A model generated the notes under the pieces. It had not been told where the DNA came from, ran no database searches, and saw nothing but the letters and a program-made list of their open reading frames with translations. Of a DNA stretch of 64,000 bases, positions 15,726-27,609 are shown in pieces; the stretch's first letter is position 1; every line of letters begins with the position of its first letter. Location: assembly GCA_964270895.1 (NCBI GenBank), contig OZ185438.1. One strand, written 5' to 3'. The position numbers and the translations under genes are program-made. The DNA comes from Podarcis filfolensis (Eukaryota).

Positions 15726-15984
15726 CCGTATTTTTTGCTCTATAAGACTCACTTTTTCCCTCCTAAAAAGTAAGGGGGAATGTGTGTGCGTCTTATGGAG
15801 CGAATGCAGGCTGCACAGCTATCCCAGAAGCCAGAACAGCAAGAGGAATTGCTGCTTTCACTGCGCAGCGATCACTCTTGCTGTTCTGGCTCCTGAGATT
15901 CAGAATATTTTTTTTCTTGTTTTCCTCCTCTAAAAACTAGGTGCGTCTTGTGGTCTGGTGCGTCTTATAGAGCGAGAAATACGG
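15726..15984. mobile_element. Tc1/mariner-type (Tc2/pogo-like) MITE with CCGTATTT termini and an internal hairpin
   Basis: TA-CCGTATTTTTTGCTCTATAAGAC...GTCTTATAGAGCGAGAAATACGG-TA. Internal imperfect inverted repeat at 15821-15899. Confidence 0.88.
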
Positions 15985-16904
15985 TAGTTTCTCTCTTCCC
16001 ACCACCTTTGCTTATCTATGTGGGATGTATTCTTGTATCCTCAGCTGGCGTAATAGAGCAGAAGTTCCTGCTGTGGAAGGGAGATGATCCTGCAGCAGAG
16101 TACTTGTAAGGGGTCTGAGATAAGTAGCATTAATAGTGTGTTCTTCCTCTGTTTGTTCTGAAACCAGGCTGTTTGTATAAAGTGTAATATTTTATCATAG
16201 AGCCAATCACCAAAGTTCCCTCCAAGGGTATATGACATGAGGCTAGATGTGATACCAAGTGTCTGGTCATCTGAGCTGTGGAATCTGTTTTTAAGGATTT
16301 ATATTATGTTGTGGATTTGTTATGATTGAGTGCAGAGTTGGTTGCAATTCTATACACTATTGTGATGGTGTGGACAAAGCAGAAGGAAGTGAGGGGGCAA
16401 TATATTTTGGCTCTGCCTTGCTCTCAGTAGAAGTTTTGCTTTGCTTCTTTGACTTGCACCATCTCTGTCACTAACATAACATTATGCCAACATGTAAGGG
16501 CAGGAGCAGGTCTGAGCGATTCAGACTTAGAATACTTCTCCCTCCACCTACCTTGTATATAGCCCATTTCCAGCCCCCAAGCTAGTACAATTCAAGCAGT
16601 ACTGGGGAGAAGCTGCTGTAGCACCGAGTCCCTGCAGTAGTATTAACTTGAAGATCCATTGGCCAGGAGGCTAATAGGCCCCTAAGTCAGTGCTCTTGTT
16701 TATAATGGCAGTGAGATTATTCTTACAATAAATCCTTCTTGTTTTGCTGCCAAGGGAATGATATCAGTTTAGATACAAATGCTAAGGATTAATTCCAATG
16801 TCAATTTTGCACTACAAATAGTTTGATACCTTGTATAGCTGTACTATAGGTTTTCGGAATTGCACACAATTGCAAACTGTGCATCAGTTTGTATATGCTG
16901 AATA

Positions 16905-17137
16905 TGGCGTAATGGTTGAGAGCGTAAGCTTTCAGTTGGAAGTTTCCAGTTTAGTCTTCAGCTCTGTTATTAACTCACTTGGTATTCCTAAGTGAGCCTC
17001 TATCTCAGCTATCCTTATCTGTTACATCAGGATAATACTAATGGCTTGCCTTCAGTGTTTTCTGAGGATCACTGACAATGTATGTGAACCACTTGTGTAG
17101 CACTTAGGAAAAGTGCAGTGTAAAACGCTTATCATTA
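16905..17137 (+). mobile_element. Ancient MIR-like (CORE) SINE remnant
   Basis: tggcgtaatggttgagagc head, then tctcag..tccttatctgt..caggataatactaatggcttgccttcagtgttttctgaggatc core-like block. Confidence 0.55.
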
Positions 17138-18780
17138 GTTCTGAATATTGGTTCTGCCTAAAAACTATGGATGAATTAGCTAGTTGATTCTTGTTAGCTT
17201 GCAAGAGGTCATAGTAGATATTTGCTTTTTTTCTTGCAGTTCCAGATATGCAGTTGAATGAATTGGAAGATTTTATACACTTGAATTAGTTAAAGTTCTG
17301 CCTAATTATAAAATAATTTCCATGTAATACATAGCTAAGATATATTCTGTCAATTGTGTATAATTTAGTTTAATGCAGTAATAGTATGCAACAATACAAA
17401 AATTAGTTTTTCTGCTTATTACTATGAATTAATGATGGTGTGGCAGTGCAAACAACCTCCAAGTATACAAATTAATATTAGAAAATTTATGAATCTCGCA
17501 TTGATTATGCTGTAACAATGTTATAGCTAATTCAGACTTCAGTTTACTATGAAACAATGCAATCTGCAGCAACAACAGTTGAAGAAACAGTCATCAAAAT
17601 ATTTGCTGAACTCAGTGGACTTTAGGCTACAATCTGTATTTGCTGGAACATTTCCTGCCTGCCCTTATTAAATTAAATAAAACTGCATACATTGCATGTT
17701 GGATTGTTCACTGATCACCCTTTTGTTCAACCAAGTAAAACAACTGAAGGTGAGATCCAACTAAGTCATTCTCAGAGTAGACCGATGAAAAGCAAAGGAC
17801 TTAAGATACTTAACACTTATTACAGTGGATTGATTAGTCTGAGGATGACTAATGTTGGATATCATCCTGAATTCGGATGGGGAACTCCAGGCCTGGGGAC
17901 TGAATGTGGTCCTCCAGGCCTCTTTTCTGATACCAAAAGGTGCCATGAGCCATAAGTCACATTTCTAATTAAAATACGTTGTTTTAAAAAATAAAGAAGT
18001 TCCTAGAGGAAAAACATGGTAGCATGAACTGTTGCAGAATACATTCTGATAGGTTCATAAGGAATTGCAGTTCCTTCAAGGAGTTCAGAACTAGGATACA
18101 CGGAGTTATCCATTTTTTTGTAACTTTAGAGTCCCTTTCCACCTTTGTTTTCACTCTTCCCCAGCAACTTGTTTTGTCCATACTGATACAAAATACTTTG
18201 TTTCCTAGTCCCACTAAAATGGCTATTTTTGTAGTCCAATTACTCAAGGGTCTTATTGCTCAAAGGGAATTTCCATTAGAGGTCTTCCTGCACGGAACAA
18301 ACTAGGCCTAGTTGTAGATGTAAGCCTAGTCTTGTAAAGGAATAAACCATGACAGCTCTAGATATGAATGATCACAGTTCAGAAAAAGCAGAATCATCCA
18401 TTCTTTTGTGCCAAGTTCAAGGAGAAGCGCCAGTGTGTGAGGGTGATTTGAGGGGGCGGGGAGCAGTGGTTGCACATGTGATATCAGGATGTTGGGAGTA
18501 TCTGTGCGTGGAACTGAATGTGGCAGCTGCATGGCTACACGGCTCCTCCTCCGCCTCTTCCTGGTGCTGCCACTGGCGGAAGGTTGCTTAAGCCCTTCTT
18601 CCTGTCCCTGGCAGCAGGAGGAGAAGGAGCTGGCCACTGGAGCATTGCGCTTCGCCTCTGTGTTTTTTTGGACATGGGAGGCAGGCCCCCATCCCCAAAA
18701 TATTCAGGGGCTTAGCCCCCAGGAGCTGGGGGTGGGGACTAAGTTCAAGTAACCTTAGTTTATAGATACCTGTTACTATA

Positions 18781-18811
18781 GCGCGCGCACACACACACAC
18801 ACACACACACA
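18781..18811. repeat. (GC)4 followed by a (CA)n microsatellite
   Basis: gcgcgcgcacacacac... seen directly. Confidence 0.95.
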
Positions 18812-21800
18812 GTGTTCTCTCATCCCATCTTAGTAAACAGTTTGATTCTTTCAGTGCAGGTGGTACTGGTACAAGGGAAAGAACAGTATAAAATAATTAA
18901 TACTGAACAGATGGGTGACCTAGTCATCCTTGCATCATTATCATTATTATGAAATTTACATTCTGTCTCAGAGGTCCACTTAGTTATTATAGTGAAGAAT
19001 GTAATTCTCCACTAGCTCAGCAGCTCAGGGCAGTCTGTAATGACTTGTACTAAAACAGAAAGGTGGGTATGTTGGTCTGTAAGAAAAACAAACAAAAACC
19101 CACAGTTGACAACGCAGTTGGTTAGTAGGACTAACCAAAACATCACAAAATTGAGGCAAGCTTTCAAGCTCTCCAGCACTCTTCTTTAGGCAAAATGCCT
19201 ACACAAAGTGCAGAGTGTTAGCAGGAGGAAAAATAAAATCAAAATGTCCAAAATTTAGGATGAATGTTGTAGCTTGTTTTGCCTAGTTACCAGGGAGTAA
19301 CTATAGGTTACAATGTATCAAAACAAAACAACTAGTTCTACATCTCCATCGATGCTTTCTATTTAGTGCTTTTCAAACAGCAGTCTTATATAAACCACTT
19401 TTGAAACTAGGGTGTTTTCAGAGTAGTTTGTGATGAAGCATTGTATTCTGCCACCCTCAGAAAGATAACATTCCTCCTGAATAAGCGCAAGCCATTTTGA
19501 GGAATTAAATACTGGCTATATTTCAAAAGCCTACTTCAGTCCCATAAGACCAGTAGATCCTAGAAGCGGTGTGCCTCTCCTCTCCCCAATTTCTTCTTTG
19601 AACAGTTAAGCCCACTTTGTATCACAGTTTTTGAATATATATTCTATTTAAAAATAAGTTACAATCGCTTGTGGGGGAAAGAAAATACATCACAGGTTTT
19701 AAGTATATTTGGGCTAATTTTGAGGGTCTTTGAATCTGGCCCATTATTGCCTGGGCTATGACCAGAACATTTTTTAAATGGGGATTCATTTATTTTATAA
19801 AAATTGCTGCTCTCCATTTCCCCTTTCACTAGGCCCTCAAACAGAACATCTGATCCCTAAGTGATTAAAGTTAACCCTGTTTAAAAAATTTACAAGTGAT
19901 TTGAAGACATGGTCTGAAGGCTTAATCATAATCATAAGCCTAAGCATAATCATCTGAAAGTGAAAGCTATTGATAGGATTTCCAAGTAAAGAAGTTTAGG
20001 ATGTTAAGTGTATAAATACAGGGGGCTTTGTAAAAGGAAAACAATTATATGATTATTAAAATAGCTATTATACTTTCAGAATTAAGTTATTGATCAGTTT
20101 AAAGTTATGATTCATATACAAGGCTCTTCCGACTCCAAGCATTTTTCACAATCATGCCTAAGAGAAGGACTTGGAATCTGTGACTCTCTTCACCCTAAAC
20201 TTCTGTGTCTCTGTCATTCCAGGCTCTGCCTCTTATCAACTGTAACGTGAGTAATGCATCCTGAGTCAGAGGTAACACCCACCTACTACTTGACAGAGTC
20301 AAACATTTGGGTCAGTAAAGCTTCCAGCTTAAAAGGACCTTTTGCTATTAGAGTATATTCACAAAATTGCATTTTAATGTTGTAAATTAAGTAAGTTTTG
20401 AGTACTCCTTTTAATTTTTAAAATCAGGTGCTTTTTATGAAACCTTTAAAATGAGAGCCTTACTCATATGAAGTCTTCAAGAAATACATGCTTCAGGGCT
20501 TTATGATTAACACACACTCCTGTTACTTCAGTTCACATAATTTAGCAGCACTTTTGCAAATAAATAAATAAAAATTTATATTAATTATACTGTGTTTAAA
20601 AGCTCTCCATCCATTCTTAAAAGTATTGCTTTTGAGCATTATTAAATTACATTAAATAGACCATAATACAAAAATAGATTGCACCTAGAGCTTCGGAAAA
20701 ATTGTCTTTGGCTGCAATCTTCTATAAACTTACAGAGGAGTAGTCTCATTCAACTCAATGAGGCTTACTTCTGAGTCAGCACATATATGGCTACATTGTT
20801 GTTATTTGTTTGGTTCCATATTTTAACAACTACAGAGATATCTAAAGAGTTACGTTTTGCATTGTACATTAAAATTTTAATTTTAGAAACAGCATAAATA
20901 CAATGTAGGGCGTTCTTATAGTGGATAATGTATTGACTTCATTTTTTATTTACATAAATGTGGACAGGGTAAGCAGTGATTTAAACATTATATGTCTCTT
21001 TTAATTAGCTACCAAAATTTTATGCAGTCTACTCCGCTGTCTATCATAATCAGAATAGAGAACATTGTATTTTGGCTAAGAATGTGCTTATAACTAAGAC
21101 TAAATGAAGGAGTTTGTCAGAAACGAATCTTTCACTGAAGAAAAACTAGAAAATCTTATCAGCAATTCCATGTTCCTTTCTAGACAATTTATTATTAGAT
21201 ATTTCTGATGACACACCTTTTGCTATCTAAAATATGCTCAGTCTGTCTTTTCAAAAATAGTCGTTTAATTTATTATGCTTTTGTGAAAATTTTTATGAAA
21301 AAACTATGTAAAAAACAAATCAGCCATCTTTGGTCAAAAGGTCTACTACATGTCTGCCACTGCCATTGTTACATTAATAGTGTAAAAGGGAAATTTGAAT
21401 GGCACAGTTCATTGGGAAAAGATTAAGTTCATGTTTGTGTGTATGTGTGTATAGATTAAGATTCTTGCACACCTTTAATCTGTTGTGGGCTAAAGATTGG
21501 GCAGGCAGTGAAGAGGTACAGGGTCAAGGTTAGGAGTAGAGAAACAAGAAGCCCTAGATGGAAAGCTCTGTAAAATATCTGGAATGCTGGGGTATTATAC
21601 AGATTCTGAATGCTTGTGTAGAAAAACCTCTCTATCAGCAAGTTTTAAAAGAAGATTTAAATACCCACAAGATACTATGATTTGAGAGAAGCCTTGATTT
21701 CTTGGCAACGTTTCAAGATTTGGACAATAAGTCAGGTTTTTAAAGAGGCAGATCCCCTAACTGCTATATGGCTCCTTTTCCATCTTCGGCTTGCTCAGTG

Positions 21801-22244
21801 ACATACACTATGTAAATGGGAGCCAAGGAACCATCTTCAAATGCTGGAAGAAGCTGTCAACTGCAAAAATAGGGTCTAGTTTCCGGTCCTCATATTTTTA
21901 ACTGAGCCCATGCATGGATCCTGCAAGATGGTGATTTTACTGCTACTTTATCTGAAGTGGATTCTGTAACTTCTAGCTCAGATTTAGCATACTTCTTGGC
22001 TCATTGGCAAGGGTGTTTCCTTGCCCCCCTGCAGAAAGAATAAATCTAGATTAAATAGAAGAAATGTGGGCTGACATTTTGATGCTGAAGATGTCATATG
22101 GACAGTTCCCAAAAACATACATGCATCAGAAACATCAATCATGCAGTAATCTCCCATGTGGAACCACCCTTTGACTGACATAGTCATGCAAATCAACAAA
22201 TGAAGTTAGGTAGTTTTTCAGGGAAAGACTATAGGTCACATTAG

Positions 22245-22365
22245 AGAACACATATTTGCAATCCAAAGTTTCAAGGTTCAATCCCTGGGAATATCAGTTA
22301 AAGGACGTTGCCTGGGCTTGGACTAGACGACCCTTGGAAACCCTTCCAATTCTACAATTCTTTTG
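22245..22365 (+). mobile_element. Degenerate tRNA-head SINE with CR1-type tail
   Basis: B-box-like caaggttcaatccctgg followed by ggactagacgaccc...cccttccaattctacaattct. Boundaries approximate. Confidence 0.55.
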
Positions 22366-23574
22366 TTTTATTACCTTCCTGCCACTCTCCCCCCCCCCCC
22401 CCGCCATAGTAAGCAGCAGGAAATCCACTGCTGGGAGGTGAGGCATGTGTTGCTATCTCCTCAATGACTGTTCCTGCAAATGAGGAGTGGAATTTTTATA
22501 ATTGGATTGGATACAAACCTGTTATTGCATGAATGGAAAGGTTCCTTCCATTTTCACAGGGAGTGAGGATCCAGTGAACTCCTCCACTTCCTTCTGCAGC
22601 TCTGAGCTTCACTTTGCACACTGTTCTGGGCTGAAGAGAGGAGGCAAAAATCACTACCCACTGTCAGTAGAGTTGTGCTGAGCTGAGCACAAGTCATAAT
22701 GTAACCCAGCAAAATGTTTAAGCCAATTCAGTCCACTATGGACTTTAAATAACAAAAGGTTAAAATAGATAGCCTTTAGTTAACAGACTCTGGCAGATTT
22801 AGCATACTGATTGAGGCCTGCATGCATGGGTGTTCCTTGCTCTATGTCATATTAATAACGCTTTCTAAACAATAAGCACTTAAGCATCTAGGAGGTATAT
22901 GAGGTAACTGAAAAATAGATAACCCTTATTTAGATAATTCCTGTTTACAGCCTTATAGTATATGGGCAGGATTCATATACGAAAGTTAATTTCCCCTGAA
23001 ACATTAGCATCATGTAGATGCTGAGCCAAAGGATGAAAAGAAAGGCGGGGGGAGCTTGGAAAAACATGAGGGAAAAGGCTTAACTTTTTGTTTCTGTTTT
23101 AAAGGAAGCAGTTTGTATAGTTATGCTGTGTAATTTCTTTGTAAAATGTTGTAGTAGAAATCAGAAAGGTATGAGAAAAGACTAAGAAGAGAGCCTGAGC
23201 AAAGAAATGTGCTTCAAATAAAATGAGAAATCACTGTGAGGTCATAAGAGCGCATCATTCGTAGTAGAGAATGGAAAGCCTGTTTATCAGCTAGACACTA
23301 TTCAAAGTGCAACGTAATAGTATCTTGATGTATTTATTGACTTAAATATTACAGTATTTGGCATCAGGCATATTAACAAACCAACCTGTTTACGTGCTGT
23401 TCTGTCACTTTCTTCAAAGAGTACCCACACTAAAGATAGCGCAGAGTATAGTGATTTGGTACAACCACCCTTGAGATTGCATGTAAATAACCCTATTTTA
23501 GGGAATGTGTATATACTCCAGATGATGATTACACATTGCACTATCTTGTACTTACTGCAGTTGCAGTTGCAAAA

Positions 23575-23690
23575 ATAAGGTTGAAAGCATGTTGGTTGTG
23601 GGTTTGAGTCCCACTTTGGGCAAAAGAATCCTGCTTTACAGGGGGTTGGACTAAATGACCCCCTGGGTCTCTTCCAACTCAATGATTCCA
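23575..23690 (+). mobile_element. Degenerate Squam3-like SINE
   Basis: gggtttgagtcccactttgggcaaaagaatcctgc...ggactaaatgacc...cttccaactcaatgattc parallels the 48.1-kb copy. Boundaries approximate. Confidence 0.65.
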
Positions 23691-23961
23691 AGTTAGTAAA
23701 GCCTATTGAAATCTCTGAAGCCAAGAGAGTAGAAGCTGAGAAGGATTCCCTGTGATCAGGGACAGGGTTCTAGACCCTAGTACTTCTTTGCTGGGATGGG
23801 GAGCCTTATCGGCCTGAGGGTTACCTTTTTTATGGGCAAGCTTCTGGGGGCCTCATGCCCGTAGCAGGGAGGCAAGAGACAAAAGGGGATGGAGCAGCAG
23901 ATATGACTCTTTCTTTTGTATAGTAAGCTACATTTCAAGTACTGTACACAGAAATGAGAGG

Positions 23962-23964
<3 letters not shown>

Positions 23965-23995
<31 letters not shown>
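23965..23995. repeat. (AC)n microsatellite
   Basis: Seen directly. Confidence 0.95.
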
Positions 23996-23997
<2 letters not shown>

Positions 23998-25456
23998 TCA
24001 GGCAAAAGTACTTGAGAAGGATGCCGAGCAGGTCTCATGGTTTAGCCTGGGGGCTAAACCAAAGATCTAGGAGGAACACATTCAGTCTCCTCATCTGAAG
24101 TTCTTCATCCCTGCCCCACATGAAGCAGAATCCTTTATGCAAAAGAAGCAAATAGTAACCAATTTGTATAATTTAAATATGTGGCATAATTCCTTCTGGA
24201 CCCCAAATTTGGTTCATATTGTTGCAGAATTTTTGATGGTTTTATTTTCCAGACTGAATACATGCAGTCTGCTTAGTCCACTGCATAATTCTGTGAATAT
24301 AGTTAATATAATAGTTCTCATTAAATTATGAAAGAAGAATAATGCAAATTAGTGCCAGACTATAAGAAATATTTGTTGAATATCATTAAGAAAAATGTTG
24401 AAGGATCGTCTGAGATGGAGATGCAGTTTCATGTCAGGATATAGTTTTCAATTTATTCTTACAATATACTGTTTAGGTTAGGTTCCTAGTACTTTTACCA
24501 TTATATATCTGCAATAAATGTATTGCAGCTAAATAATTTTATATAAAATTCACTTTTGATTGGATGCTTTTTTTCATTGTGTTGGAATGGAAACATCCAG
24601 TAATCAGCATTTGGGCATCTTGCTTATATGAATTGTTCAAAGGTATTTGGAGTTTAAGGGACAAGCTTCACTTGTTGTTGCTATGTCATTTGCTAAACAA
24701 TAACAAAATTGTTCTGTGTACAAGTACACAAGCACACATTCTAGTCACCACGGGGATCCCACAGAACGTGGTGTCCTTGTGATGAATGATCCTTGCCATG
24801 GCCATAATAATTGCTGTATTGATTTCTGCCATCACATTGAATTTCCATGCCTCTGCTTTCATTTTTCTGGCCATTGACTGTGGGTGTCTAGAAGTTATTT
24901 CATCTTCATTGTGGTAGACACACAAATGGGTTGGAGAAGGGAGGAACATTCACTGACTGGTCTGCTACACATTCAAAATTTCTCCCATTTTGGAGAACAA
25001 GTTAGATAAGCTATCTGTATTTATTTCAAATTCTCACATTGTTCTCAGTATATGAGCATTGCTTACCTATTGTGACTGAGAGGATTAGTTCTCAGAGGAT
25101 AAGGAAGTGAAATAGATGCCTTTTATATACTGCAGTCTATTATTCATTTAACATAATGGTTTAGGAGACAGCAGCAGCAGCATCTCATTCCCCTAGCCTG
25201 ATGTTGTTGGATAAAAGTAACAGCTAACAGTTAAGTTGCTCTGTACATATGATAGTACCAACTGTTTAAACCTTTTTGTTCATTTTCTAAAGCTAAGGAT
25301 TTGGTTGCATTAATTAGGAAAAGCCTTCCTAAATGTTTTGTGTCTATTCGCTGTGCACCAATTTTATCACTAAACCAGAAGTGTAGGACGCTTGCCCTTG
25401 AAAAATCAAGTATCTTCACCAGAGCTGGAATGTAATTAGACTAACATAGCAAATTT

Positions 25457-25682
25457 AAAACAAAAATTTTTTTTTCCTTCCAGTAGCACCTTAAAGACCA
25501 ACTAAGTTAGTTCTTGGTATGAGCTTTCGTGTGCATGCACACTTCTTCAGATACACACGAAATGAGCATGCACACGAAAGCTCATACCAAGAACTAACTT
25601 AGTTGGTCTTTAAGGTGCTACTGGAAGGAATTTTTTTTTTTTTGTTTTGACTATGGCAGACCAACATGGCTACCTATCTGTA
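25457..25682. mobile_element. Penelope-like element (PLE) terminal remnant: inverted terminal repeats plus a short unique tail
   Basis: 65-bp perfect inverted repeat (25474-25538 / 25566-25630) containing a minimal hammerhead motif, a known hallmark of PLE pseudo-LTRs. The PLE assignment, and treating ctatggcagaccaacatggctacc as its tail, rest on my recollection of squamate PLEs. Confidence 0.7.
25517..25554 (-). ncRNA. Minimal type I hammerhead ribozyme motif
   Basis: The - strand reads GUAU-CUGAAGA-A-GUGUGCAUGCACAC-GAAA-GCUC-AUAC: helix I GUAU/AUAC, CUGANGA box, helix II hairpin, GAAA box, loop-less palindromic helix III (AGCU) and a CUC cleavage triplet. Confidence 0.72.
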
Positions 25683-26894
25683 ATAGCAAATTTAGTCACT
25701 CTGCCACTGGTGTGGAAGGATTGCTATACCTGGTAGATGGTAGGTGACAGATGGGAACTAGCAGAATACAAGCATCTTAGGATATATGTACTGAAGGGGT
25801 CAGAAGAACATCCAGTGCCAGAACTATTAACTGCTTCAGGTGATAATATAGGCCAGTTAAAAACATTAGTTCTGTCATATGTGCGTAATATGCCATCATG
25901 AAGGTAGTGCCATGACTTCTGTAACTGCATTTCCACACTTCAATGCTAATATATCCGACACACATCTTGATCTTGAATAATTGACATTTATGTTTGTAGT
26001 TACTGATGCTCATTGAAATTTTTGGAGCCATTTAGAATTGCACTGCTAAAGCATGAAGCATTTATAGTATACTTTGGTTTTATGATGCACTCAAGACCAG
26101 ATTGTGGGGTGTTTTTGCTTTTGTTGTCTTACGACCCGTCCATACTTGCACTTGTCCTGTGTGTAGAAAGCACAGGTCTGAGAGGTCTTCTAATCAGTGC
26201 ATAGGCACTGGTCTAGAGTTTTCCCCTTGCTCCCCTCCTTTCCCAGGAAAAAAGCTCTTTAGCTTTAAATCAGAACAAATGGCAATCCACAAAAAACCCA
26301 ATTGCTGTTTGCCCCAACTGAGCACTAAAGAGCAGTATTCCCCAGGGGAAAGCAGCGGAAGAAGAGGAAGTCTGGATAAGCCCTTAATTTTTGATCAGTC
26401 TGAAAGAACAATTTTTTTATAATTAATTTTATAATGGCACAACACATGAAGTATGGGGGAGAGGGATAGTAGCATGCTTGATTGTAGAAAATAATAAAGT
26501 ATGAAATATGTAGCTAAAATAATGCTAGTATTTTTTAAACTGTAGGGCAGTGTCCTTTAAAGTCCTTTAAATGCATAAGCTTCTTTTATGTTTTGATCTT
26601 CCAGTGTTCAACTGTAACTAGTTTCAAACAAATTATTAAAGGATCACATAAAAATTAAAAGAAGCGCCCAAACAAGCTTAGCAGCAGAGCAGCAGCAGCA
26701 GTGTACAGTATTCATTATTTAGGCTTAAATGGCACATAACCTACTTTATTGCATCCTGATAATACTGATTTTTAGATGGCATGGTTCAGTGATGTAAACT
26801 GTGACATTTTAAAAAAATTAATCTTCTAAAACTTTGTTGATTTTACTAATCTTATTAAAAAGGGAAGATTACACTGTGAATATTGTACCTCAAT

Positions 26895-27090
26895 NNNNNN
26901 NNNNNNNNNNNNNNNNNNNNNNNNNNNNNNNNNNNNNNNNNNNNNNNNNNNNNNNNNNNNNNNNNNNNNNNNNNNNNNNNNNNNNNNNNNNNNNNNNNNN
27001 NNNNNNNNNNNNNNNNNNNNNNNNNNNNNNNNNNNNNNNNNNNNNNNNNNNNNNNNNNNNNNNNNNNNNNNNNNNNNNNNNNNNNNNNNN
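26895..27090. other. Assembly gap (196 N)
   Basis: Run of N seen directly in the sequence. Confidence 0.99.
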
Positions 27091-27370
27091 ATCATACACC
27101 ATCATTTTAGCTATAGATTATCTCAATGCTGCTTTATTGTGCCTCATCTCAGCAGCATATGTGGATTTAGTCTTGTATGCTTTGACAATGGTTTTTGACA
27201 TGATCTTTGCACATTTATTCTCTAGAGTTCAGTTAACATTAAATCCCAAGCTTGCAAAATTTAGACAATCTTGTATTCCTCAGTTGCATATATCTGCTCT
27301 ATTTCACAAAACTTTAGATATGCTTTCCACCCTATATAATGTTTATAGGTTACTATGCAACATTAAACAG

Positions 27371-27609
27371 GAGAGCCAGTGTGGTGTAGTGGTTAAGAGC
27401 GGTGGACTTGTAATCTGGTGAACCAGGTTCGCTTCCCCGCTCCTCCGCATGCAGCTGCTGGATGACCTTGGGCTAGTCACACTTCTCTGAAGTCTCTCAG
27501 CCTCACTCACCTCACAGAGTGTTTGTTGTGGGGGAGGAAGGGAAAGGAGAATGTTAGCCGCTTGAGACTCCCTAGGGTAGTGATAAAGCGGGATATCAAA
27601 TCCAAATCC
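27371..27609 (+). mobile_element. tRNA-derived squamate SINE (Squam2-like)
   Basis: A-box-like GTGGTGTAGTGGTTAAGAGC head, B-box-like GGTTCGCTTCCC, L2-like tail ending ATATCAAATCC. Possible AAACAG TSD (27365-27370 / 27610-27615). Confidence 0.8.

Noticed and set aside
24686-24949. 87-aa - strand ORF with protein-like composition (MARKMKAEAWKFNVMAEINTAIIMAMARII)
   Set aside because: I recognise no homologue and see no splice or promoter support. A BLASTx hit or conservation would be needed to revive it.
26641-26700. AAGAAGCGCCCA (KKRP) as a candidate for the missing exon 9
   Set aside because: It is preceded by an in-frame stop, and the flanking residues do not match VILTL/QSML.
26826-27421. 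Long ORFs in the track, including 195 aa
   Set aside because: Artefacts of translating through the N gap.
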